A stretch of DNA of 64,000 nt from IMG/VR virus record IMGVR_UViG_3300037232_000040; one strand, written 5' to 3'. The stretch comes from a virus. The position numbers were made by a program, and so were the translations under genes. Under the pieces are notes generated by a model that was given only the letters and a program-made list of their open reading frames with translations, had not been told where the DNA came from and made no database searches. Shown in pieces: positions 8,154 through 16,375 of this stretch; the first letter of the stretch is position 1, and the number at the start of each line of letters is the position of its first letter.

Positions 8154-8178
8154 GCTCCTCCACGATATGTTTACTCTT

Positions 8179-8502
8179 TTACCTGTGACTCCGGTAATTC
8201 GACCACTCTAATCGCATTTGTTTCAGTTCCAACTGCAAAGCGACCAACTGCTCGTTGTTATCTTTCAGCGCTTCGGTAAGGTTCTGAATCTGAATCGCCT
8301 TGATCCCCTGGTCGCCCAGATTCTTTTGGACCTCTATTGCGAGCTGATCCTTGGAAACATACACTTCCTTGATGTTCTGGACATCGTTGCTCAGTTTGAA
8401 GTAACCCCCAATGGCCGGTAGCCACGAAGCCAGCAACGCCACGGTGAGGATGATATCGCGTATCGTGTACGGCTTGTTGGGTTGGGGATCGTCCATCGTC
8501 AT
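8179..8502 (-). CDS. N-terminally anchored coiled-coil protein (i-spanin-like or holin partner)
   Basis: GGAG upstream of ATG 8502. One TM (IILTVALLASWLPAIGGYF) followed by a heptad-rich helix. Position fits a lysis cassette. Confidence 0.45.
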   Translation of the reverse strand: MTMDDPQPNKPYTIRDIILTVALLASWLPAIGGYFKLSNDVQNIKEVYVSKDQLAIEVQKNLGDQGIKAIQIQNLTEALKDNNEQLVALQLELKQMRLEWSNYRSHR

Positions 8503-8504
8503 TG

Positions 8505-8843
8505 CTAACTCCGACGAGACGCTGCTGGGGGGTCCATACGTTCGTCACTATCTTCTTGTTGCTCCTCTGAATCCCGCACCAGTGTGTGTAATGGTTTACC
8601 GTTAAAGGGTAAAACGTGGTACTGATCAATGAGTGTTCTCGGTAATGGTGTGCCGGTTTCTTTGGCTACATAGATGATAGCCATGTTCAACCACTGAACA
8701 TAACGTATCAGAGCGAATAGTAGCCGCCAAAGTATACCGGCTAGCAGTAGTGTAGACGAAACTCCGCCTACCATTAGAATGATTTGGCCTCCAAGGCTAG
8801 CACGCACTGAGAATGTTCCCAAGAATAGGTTCCAAATGTACAC
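8505..8843 (-). CDS. holin-like membrane protein, start uncertain (GTG 8843 or ATG 8774)
   Basis: Hydrophobic helices followed by a highly charged C-terminal tail (DSEEQQEDSDER). The upstream end overlaps the 3' end of the fibre gene. Confidence 0.4.
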   Translation of the reverse strand: MYIWNLFLGTFSVRASLGGQIILMVGGVSSTLLLAGILWRLLFALIRYVQWLNMAIIYVAKETGTPLPRTLIDQYHVLPFNGKPLHTLVRDSEEQQEDSDERMDPPAASRRS

Positions 8844-11028
8844 CTACAACGTTCGGCTTATGGCCAAGCCTACTCCGCCTTTCTTTTAGAGATAGGAGCG
8901 CTACTGTACTGCTGTACTGGAAAATCTCATTCGGCTCGTTCCTTACGTGGATTCCAGGCGCAACAGCTATGTTGATAGTGGCGTGTGCCGTGGCCCCCAA
9001 ACTATCTGTCACCTGTATAAGTGCGCTGCAGGTACAGGTAGCCGTAGGCGTGCCAGTTATAAGCCCGGTACTGGTGTTGAGGGTTACGCCTGCAGGCAGC
9101 GAACCACTAAGTATAGTCCAAGAAGCGTAGACGCCACTGCCGCCTGAGGCTAGTAGCTGGTAGCTATACACACCACCTCCCAGGTTTCCAGTTGGTGGAG
9201 TGGTGGTGGCGATAGTTAGTGTGCCGCCGCCGCCGCCCGCGCCGCACACGCTCGTCGCGCATAGGGTTGAGTAGTTTATACCAGCCTGCGTGCCATCGGT
9301 TGTGTGCGCGCTCCAATCCGGAATGAGCAGCCGGTAGTCACCTCCTCCGGGATTTACATAGGTGAAAGGAGTAGTGGTGGCGTCGTTCGACGTTCCCGGC
9401 CAAGTTTGTTGCTGATCACCGCTGGGCACGAACATCACATTCCCATAAAAACGGGGAGACAGAGGAGCCGGATCGCCCATGTAATAGCCTAATCCAACTA
9501 TCCCGCCATAAATAGTTACCTCACCGCAATCACCATTTGCCTGCCGCGTCATCGCGTTGTCGAGAACCCAAACATTGTGAGTCGAGGAGTAGCCTTGCGG
9601 AGGGGTGCAGCCCCACGAAAGTTGAGGCAAGCTAAAATAAGCAGAATTCCAAAGAACCGAGCTATCAGCCATCAGCACGGTGTTGTGTTGAAAAATAAAA
9701 TCAGTTTCCCCCGGCAAGCTACCATTGACTGGACCGCATCCGCTGCAGCCGCCGTCTAGCTTGAGGGCCCCATGCTGATAAGTGTCTTGGGTGTCTCTGA
9801 GCAAGATCAGGTTATTGTCAATCCACAGCCGCTTGCTTTCTCCCGCATTCGTACATTGCGGATAGCCGAAGGGTGCACCGCAATTGTTGTCGGCCTCCAG
9901 CGTCGAAATACCGGAATTAACGTTATTCAGGAGGTTACTCTGGAACGAAACGTCATCGACGACAGCGATGTTGCCGCTTTGGCTGGTGCGTGGAGTGAAA
10001 ACAACAGACGTCCCGGTTGTCGCGCTCATCCAGGTGTTCTGGAAGACATTGCCGGTGACCACCACTCGCTGCGCGCTCTTGAATTCTAAGTTGTCCTTCT
10101 CAACCCACTGATTATTAGTCCCCACCGGACAGGTGCTCCCATTCGCCAGTTGCTCCCCGGCTGGCACGGTTCCGCCAGCGCCGCAGGATTCCCAGGTTAG
10201 AGGTTTGAAGAAAAGATTCCGGCGAATCTCTATGTCCGAAGGAATATAAGGATCGTTGTAGCCACCAGCACCGCCGAACATCACGTCTTCCGTGGTGGCA
10301 GACAGGTAGTCATCAACGATCTTGATTGGACCTGGGGTCCAGAAGGCAAGTACTGCCTGAGAGTCAAAGACACTCTCGTGGATATCGGAAATGTAGCTGT
10401 CGATGACGGCGAAGTTGCTGCCATTGGCTTGCACGCCCTGGCCTACATCCTGGGTGGGCGAGCCATGAATGTAGTCGCGATCAATGGTTATCGAGTCAGG
10501 AATAACTACTCCCAATACAGGGTTGACGTTTAAGCAGACTAGACAGTATGTGAAGTTATTGCTGGGCGGATTGTTGCTTGGGTTGCCGCCCTGGGTCGAA
10601 TTGGACGTGATCTCTAATCCCACCAGGCGATAGTGGTTTGCGCCAGGCGCCAAATTGATCGGGGCGCTGGTATTGGTGGTTGTAATTGTCGGCATGTTCG
10701 GGGTGTTGCCGGGAGCAACCCTCGTCCCCGGAGCCGGCAAACTGGATAGCGCTGAACTCTCGATGTAAATCCACTGGCCGCTCGGGTTAGGCTTCAAAGG
10801 CAGTGTGAAGTTGCCGCTGTAGGTCGTGCCGGCGTGGAGAACAATGGTGTCGCCGGGAAAGGATTGCATAAGGTCGAGGCTCAACTGAGCGGCGGTAAGG
10901 GGGGACCATATGCGACCGTTCGGCGCATTCCAGGTGGTATCGATGTACACGTGCGGCGGTGTTGGGACCGGCTCTTGGGCTGCGGCGACAACCATAAATA
11001 GAAGAACAAGAATCAACAGTTTCTTCAT
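8797..11028 (-). CDS. secreted right-handed beta-helix protein (tailspike/depolymerase-like) with C-terminal Ig-like domain
   Basis: Sec-type signal MKKLLILVLLFMVVAAA-QEP. Pectate-lyase-like repeat region. C-terminal YSYQLLASGGSG..LPAGVTLNTSTGLITGTP resembles the cadherin-like putative Ig domain. Confidence 0.6.
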   Translation of the reverse strand: MKKLLILVLLFMVVAAAQEPVPTPPHVYIDTTWNAPNGRIWSPLTAAQLSLDLMQSFPGDTIVLHAGTTYSGNFTLPLKPNPSGQWIYIESSALSSLPAPGTRVAPGNTPNMPTITTTNTSAPINLAPGANHYRLVGLEITSNSTQGGNPSNNPPSNNFTYCLVCLNVNPVLGVVIPDSITIDRDYIHGSPTQDVGQGVQANGSNFAVIDSYISDIHESVFDSQAVLAFWTPGPIKIVDDYLSATTEDVMFGGAGGYNDPYIPSDIEIRRNLFFKPLTWESCGAGGTVPAGEQLANGSTCPVGTNNQWVEKDNLEFKSAQRVVVTGNVFQNTWMSATTGTSVVFTPRTSQSGNIAVVDDVSFQSNLLNNVNSGISTLEADNNCGAPFGYPQCTNAGESKRLWIDNNLILLRDTQDTYQHGALKLDGGCSGCGPVNGSLPGETDFIFQHNTVLMADSSVLWNSAYFSLPQLSWGCTPPQGYSSTHNVWVLDNAMTRQANGDCGEVTIYGGIVGLGYYMGDPAPLSPRFYGNVMFVPSGDQQQTWPGTSNDATTTPFTYVNPGGGDYRLLIPDWSAHTTDGTQAGINYSTLCATSVCGAGGGGGTLTIATTTPPTGNLGGGVYSYQLLASGGSGVYASWTILSGSLPAGVTLNTSTGLITGTPTATCTCSALIQVTDSLGATAHATINIAVAPGIHVRNEPNEIFQYSSTVALLSLKERRSRLGHKPNVVGVHLEPILGNILSAC

Positions 11029-11100
11029 TTTTTGAGAACTCCTAGTAACGCAAAAACATAGGTTTTGGTGCTTTGGAAACTAAACCGGAACCACACTTGA

Positions 11101-14100
11101 TCATCGATCTTGCGTACACGTCACCGCAACTTCGAACACGGGATAGGTCGAGCAGCCGACCGGAGGGGTCACAACATTGGTGCAGTAGGAAACCTGTCCG
11201 TTGGCGGCATCGTAGATTCTGCCCGCACCCAGGTCGCGCCATACCTCCGCAATGGTAAGGGTGGTGCCAACCGACGTCAGATTGGCGTTAGCGAGCGAGG
11301 TGCTGCCCAGAGTGCTGTTGGCCATAATGATGTTGTTGTTCCCACTCACCGTCAGACCCGAGAAGTTATCGATCCAATTCAGCTGGTTGGCAATCGTGGC
11401 CTGAGTGGTGCAGCCTGCGCTGGCAACGGTTTGCGAAACGTCAAACTTGCAGGCGTAGTGGGTGGCCGCAGTCGGCTTGATTATGTTAATGGTGCTGATA
11501 CAGCCGGTGCTCATTCCGGATGTGGTGGTGACAATTGTATCTGCTGGAGCATATTGGATATCGGGAACGTTGGTGACGCCGGTTCCCGAAGAATTATTTA
11601 ACTGAACTAGACCGCTGCTGATAGTAATCGGCGACGTCGCTCCTACAATCGATGCGCAAGGCCGAAACGGGTTTGAAGCGTTGAAGTCTCCGATCTGCCC
11701 AGCGCCGGACGCCGCTGTGGTGACGATGCCCAGATATTCCAGGCAGCCGGAACCTGGCGGCGGCGGTGGAGAGTTTACGGTATAGCCGGAGTCGTGCCCG
11801 TAGCCCGACGTGGTGGTGCTGGCTACAATGTAGTGACCGACCACGCTGGCCCCGTCCATGTAAAGCGGAGTGTTCCCGGCTACGGAAAATTCCCCGGTCG
11901 CGCCGAGCTTGCACATGTCCACGCAAACATTCAGCGGGATGGCGGTGTCTCCGGTTGCCGCCGTGGTCCAGCCCGCCGGACCCTCTTTCGCCAGCTCGAA
12001 AAGGGTGGGCGCGCTGCTGGCGTTGATGCCATCGATCGTGGTCAGCCCTTTGCCCAGGCGGCGGCGAGCATGCAGATGAGGATAGGTTCGGACGATGTTC
12101 TGCGTGATCTGCTCGCCGACAAACTGCTTGCCCTCATCGCTGAGATGGACGCCATCGAGATACAAATAGCGGTTGTTGCCCACCGTCTCGTTCCCGATAA
12201 GGTCATTTACGTTGAAAAAAGAAATGGGACGGGCGGGCGTGGTCGCCATCCATGCCGTAGTCGAATCCAATACCGCGTTGCTGTAAGCCTGGGTCGTGTA
12301 GGCGCAAGTTCCAAGGCAAGTCTGGTTATTATCTTGCTGGCTGATCCAGCCTTCATCCGAGTTGGGGTTGGCCGCAGCCAGAGTGTTATGCAGCGTCGTC
12401 CATGTGCCCTGGGCGGTGGCCGGGGAGACCCCGGTATTGCGCTCATTTGTGCTGTAGCTCACCAGAAAGCTGTTGGCACAAAAATTGGTGCTGGCCGGAG
12501 TTGTGCCCTGGCAGTTGCTGGTGTTCCAGAGTTGCGCGCCGAAGCCGGTATTCAGGTTCCGCATGGCGGCGGTCTCGGAATCGGAGGCAAGTTTTTCCAC
12601 GCGCACACCATAGCCATTGCTCAGGGCCGCAACCTGGTCCTGGGCGTCGGCACCAAGGAAGTAAGTGCGGGTTGCCGTGGTCGTAGTGAGTTTCAGGGAG
12701 TGAGACCCTTCGGGAATCGGGTTAGTGCCGTCCAGGGTGGCGACCAGCTGGGTGGCCCACCCCGCCGTGCCCGTGGTCTCGTTAATGGTCCCCTGGGAAG
12801 CGTTCGCATCGATGCCATAACTGAAACTGCCGCAACCGCTCACACAGGTGGGGTAGTAGATGACGAATCCACCGCCATTGGCGCTGCTGCCGCTGACGTT
12901 GGGGCAGGTGATGGTCAGAGTGTCGCCCGAGGTTGCGTCGGAAATCTCGGTGTCGTCCGGGCTGTAAATGCTGTTGCCGGTGCCGTTGGTTTCCTGGGTC
13001 CAGTGGCTGGCGTTGATGACGGAGGCGCTACAGCCGTCGGGCGCGGGGTTATGCACGTTCCCGTCCCATCCGGTGAAGCCGACCTGACCCGCTGCCTGGG
13101 CCGACACCCAGCCCGGTCCGGCGTTGCCGTACATCTCGTGTAGGATGCCGGCCATGACCGTACACCAAGACTTCCCATCGTTCGCGCCGGAGGTGATCGA
13201 ATCGCCGATGCAGGCAATAACGTTCTGCGGTTGCTGGCCCGTTGCCGGGGTACCCCGAATCTCGCTCAGCGCATTCTGCCCAAAAGCAAAGGCGGCAGCG
13301 TATTCAGAGTGGACAGCCAACTCTGCCAACTCGGTTTCTGACTGGTTGCTAGTTCCGTCATAGACCCGTGAGTGTCCTAGCGCGGTGTTGAACCAGCTCC
13401 AACCCGTCCCTGGGGAGGAGACGTCGCCGGTGTTGAGGGAAAAGAAAGTGTTGACCGCCGTAGGTACGGCTGGGGAACTAGTGTTGTTGGCCAGGACTGT
13501 ATAAGCAGCCTGGGACCCGAGTCCGCCGGTGCTCAGCGCCACATTCGACCAGATATGAGTACTGGTGCTGTAGCCGCAGGCGTGCGTGGCGTCACCGCAA
13601 TTAACGAACTGCCCGGCTATAGGATCGCTGCTGCCCACGCCAGCTAGATACTGATCCGTACCCAGTGCGACGAAGTTAAAAGCTGATGCACCTTCGGCGA
13701 TCGGTACTTCATGGGCTGACGGACTCACAGTTCCCGTTCCGCCCAGAGGCGCGCCAACTGCGCCCGAAAGATTGGCCGGGTTGAGCGCGGTCAAAGCCGA
13801 GGCGTTTACTGCCGGAAGGTGCGCACTGCCGTCTAACTGCACCAGGTCATCGGCTGCGACTCCAAGCGCGTAGGAAGATGAGCACCAGGCCGACCCAGTT
13901 GAGCAAGCAACTCCCGCCGACGGATAGATCATGCTGCTGCTACCGCCGGGGCATGGCGAACCAGAGCAGGTGAAGCTGGTAACAGCTAACGCGCCGGTGG
14001 AGTTGACGCTAAAACCCGTGCCTACCACCAGCGAGTTGGCGATCTGCGTCCCCGCCGGATTGACGTACAAGGCCCCCGAGTCTCCAGGGAGCGAGACCGC

Positions 14101-16341
14101 GAAGGTGTGAGTGCTACGGCAGTAATTGATGTAGCCGTTGGCCTCGAAGTTAAAAACCGGGCAGCCGGTAGACCCCAGCTGGGTATAGAACTGCGGGTCA
14201 CCAAAGAATGTTTCGCCATTCAAATTGGTGGCCCCATTGAATGTGGTAGGCCCGATGTTATGCGCGAATTGCTCTGTCAGATCGTTCTGGGTGGTGTTGG
14301 TGTTGCCAAACTGCTCGAAGTAGCCCAGCACTCCCGCGTTGCTAATGCTGCCCACGCTGTTGTAGGAGAGGTTGTTGCCAATGATCGAAACGTTCTGATT
14401 GCTAGCATTGGCCAGTAGGATGCCGTAAGCCGTGGTGAACGAGTAGAGCTGGCCAATCTTGTTATTGATGATGCCCAGTCCGTTGACCTGGTATGGTGTG
14501 ACCGCGATGCCGTCATAGTTGGCGGCGGAGCGGTTGTTGTCGTAAATCTCGTTGCCGGTGATCAGATAGTTGGCATAATCGATGGCCACGCGATCAATGA
14601 GGATGCCATGGCCGCAGTTGGCGCGGATTTGCGTGGTGCTGAGGGTCAGCTGGTTGCCACCCGAGATGTGCATACCAGCGGCGGAGGGGGTCGAGCATCC
14701 CGACGGTCCATTGCCCGCTCCCGCAAACCACGAGTTTGAAATGTTGTAGGCGTAGCCGTGCGCTCCAGCGCCGTGATCAAGGCTCTGGTCCATGAGGAAG
14801 GCATCGCCGCCGGTCGAGGTATCACCAACCAACATATCGCCGAAGAAAGCGTTTCCCGGAGCTAGACCGCAGGAAACCTTGGAGCCTATCGGATAGCTGC
14901 CGGTGACCAGCGCCAGAACAATATGGGTGCCATCGGGAATCGAGACAACCGAGGTTTGGCTCACGGTATTGGTGGTGGGGATGTAGAGTTCGGCGAACTG
15001 GGTGGCTTGGCACAGGTTGGCGTTGTCAACCGGGACCGAGACGTTGCTGCCGGAGTTGACTATCGCGGTAGTCGTCGCTTCGCTGATGGTGTTGCGCAGA
15101 TCGAAGGCGTGCAGCCCAGCAAATGAAAAAGAAACGTCCACGAGGTTGATGCCGTTGGCTCCGGAGTCCAAGACCAAGCCCTCAGAGGTCAAGCCATAGG
15201 AGCCGCCGAAGCCATCGATTGAGTGCATATGGATGTCAATGGCGTGGTCGATCCAAAAGGCCTTGCCAGCATAGTTCTGTAGATAGATGTTGTTAAAAAT
15301 GTCGAAATTCTGCTCGTTGCCGCGCGTGCCGGTGATGCGGAACAAGGTTGAGGTTGCCGAACCGCCAGTCGTGTACAAGTTGGTAAAGCTGTGGTACTGC
15401 GAGAACGTGGGGCCTTGCACCACGACGAGGCCCAGGGCTGAACTGCCCAGAGTGAAGCTCATGTCTCGTAGCATGGTGAAGCTGGTCGATGGCTGATTGA
15501 ATAAATAGCTGGAACCGGTGTAATTGATGACCGTGTCCCAGCCGGAGCCTTCGATAGTCACGCCGGTGGCATAGTTTACGGTGGTGGCTGCGTTATAGGT
15601 GCCTGCCTGGGTGGTAATGCGGCAGTTAGTGTATCCCGCACAGCTGCCAATGGCGGTGTTAACAGCCGCTCCCCAATCGCCGGAATAGTACGTATTAGCG
15701 CTGACTTCCCACGGCGCTATAGAGACCTCTATTATCTGCCAATTAAGCGGGTGCGTATCAGGCTCTAAGTCCAAACTACTTGTTATAGCTGCATAGCTAA
15801 CACTACCATAATCAACTAGGTCAGCCACATTATAGGTTGTACTACTATTCCACACACCACGTGGGTTAAGCGGCGGTCCCGGTGGCCCTGCAGCAAGCAT
15901 AACCAATGGAGTTTGCGGATACTGATAGAGTGCAAAGTTACAAGTACCACCGCCGCACCAAGGATTACTAGCAGGACCATCATGCACCGGCTGCACACAC
16001 TTGTAGTAGCCCAGTTGTTGGTTGGTAGCTAGGTCCTTCCACGCAAACCGCTCGCACAAGTTCTGCGGAAACGTTAAATTACTATCAGCCACCATGCACC
16101 CACCAGCTATAGCACCGCTAGTAATTACGCAGCTCACACCACGCGAGTTTACCTGCCCACCACCGCCAACCTGCGCATTGATTGGTTGGTCAGCGGCATT
16201 AGTGGGTACAATTGTGAGCATACCATGTGCCAACTGATTTCCATTGACATCCTGAATACCACCACCTGCAACAGCCACATACTGTGCATGGGACAGCGTG
16301 GTAAGCAGCACGAACAATGACAACAACGATAGTTTATGCAC
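11101..16341 (-). CDS. 1746-aa multidomain fibre-like protein (signal peptide, CBM5/12-like motif, beta-helix regions, SGNH/GDSL esterase-like region)
   Basis: GGAGGG upstream of GTG 16341. MHKLSLLSLFVLLTTLSHA-Q signal. W..YNVADLVDYGSVSYAA..W motif. IGDSITSG (about 13198-13206) and DGVHLSDEG (about 12130-12157) motifs. Confidence 0.65.
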   Translation of the reverse strand: MHKLSLLSLFVLLTTLSHAQYVAVAGGGIQDVNGNQLAHGMLTIVPTNAADQPINAQVGGGGQVNSRGVSCVITSGAIAGGCMVADSNLTFPQNLCERFAWKDLATNQQLGYYKCVQPVHDGPASNPWCGGGTCNFALYQYPQTPLVMLAAGPPGPPLNPRGVWNSSTTYNVADLVDYGSVSYAAITSSLDLEPDTHPLNWQIIEVSIAPWEVSANTYYSGDWGAAVNTAIGSCAGYTNCRITTQAGTYNAATTVNYATGVTIEGSGWDTVINYTGSSYLFNQPSTSFTMLRDMSFTLGSSALGLVVVQGPTFSQYHSFTNLYTTGGSATSTLFRITGTRGNEQNFDIFNNIYLQNYAGKAFWIDHAIDIHMHSIDGFGGSYGLTSEGLVLDSGANGINLVDVSFSFAGLHAFDLRNTISEATTTAIVNSGSNVSVPVDNANLCQATQFAELYIPTTNTVSQTSVVSIPDGTHIVLALVTGSYPIGSKVSCGLAPGNAFFGDMLVGDTSTGGDAFLMDQSLDHGAGAHGYAYNISNSWFAGAGNGPSGCSTPSAAGMHISGGNQLTLSTTQIRANCGHGILIDRVAIDYANYLITGNEIYDNNRSAANYDGIAVTPYQVNGLGIINNKIGQLYSFTTAYGILLANASNQNVSIIGNNLSYNSVGSISNAGVLGYFEQFGNTNTTQNDLTEQFAHNIGPTTFNGATNLNGETFFGDPQFYTQLGSTGCPVFNFEANGYINYCRSTHTFAVSLPGDSGALYVNPAGTQIANSLVVGTGFSVNSTGALAVTSFTCSGSPCPGGSSSMIYPSAGVACSTGSAWCSSSYALGVAADDLVQLDGSAHLPAVNASALTALNPANLSGAVGAPLGGTGTVSPSAHEVPIAEGASAFNFVALGTDQYLAGVGSSDPIAGQFVNCGDATHACGYSTSTHIWSNVALSTGGLGSQAAYTVLANNTSSPAVPTAVNTFFSLNTGDVSSPGTGWSWFNTALGHSRVYDGTSNQSETELAELAVHSEYAAAFAFGQNALSEIRGTPATGQQPQNVIACIGDSITSGANDGKSWCTVMAGILHEMYGNAGPGWVSAQAAGQVGFTGWDGNVHNPAPDGCSASVINASHWTQETNGTGNSIYSPDDTEISDATSGDTLTITCPNVSGSSANGGGFVIYYPTCVSGCGSFSYGIDANASQGTINETTGTAGWATQLVATLDGTNPIPEGSHSLKLTTTTATRTYFLGADAQDQVAALSNGYGVRVEKLASDSETAAMRNLNTGFGAQLWNTSNCQGTTPASTNFCANSFLVSYSTNERNTGVSPATAQGTWTTLHNTLAAANPNSDEGWISQQDNNQTCLGTCAYTTQAYSNAVLDSTTAWMATTPARPISFFNVNDLIGNETVGNNRYLYLDGVHLSDEGKQFVGEQITQNIVRTYPHLHARRRLGKGLTTIDGINASSAPTLFELAKEGPAGWTTAATGDTAIPLNVCVDMCKLGATGEFSVAGNTPLYMDGASVVGHYIVASTTTSGYGHDSGYTVNSPPPPPGSGCLEYLGIVTTAASGAGQIGDFNASNPFRPCASIVGATSPITISSGLVQLNNSSGTGVTNVPDIQYAPADTIVTTTSGMSTGCISTINIIKPTAATHYACKFDVSQTVASAGCTTQATIANQLNWIDNFSGLTVSGNNNIIMANSTLGSTSLANANLTSVGTTLTIAEVWRDLGAGRIYDAANGQVSYCTNVVTPPVGCSTYPVFEVAVTCTQDR
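14495..14523 (-). repeat. 29-nt exact repeat, copy 1 (copy 2 at 42327-42355)
   Basis: GGTGTGACCGCGATGCCGTCATAGTTGGC on the + strand. Here it is coding (ANYDGIAVTP) inside the fibre gene. Confidence 0.95.
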
Positions 16342-16375
16342 TTCTCAACCCTCCGCCAGCCTGTGCTTTGCACAC

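Noticed and set aside
11794-13143. 449-aa plus-strand ORF and several smaller ORFs inside 11.1-16.3 kb
   Set aside because: They are antisense to the 1746-aa fibre-like gene, which has a signal peptide, an RBS and recognisable motifs. Their products are Arg/Gly/Ala-rich and have no motifs.
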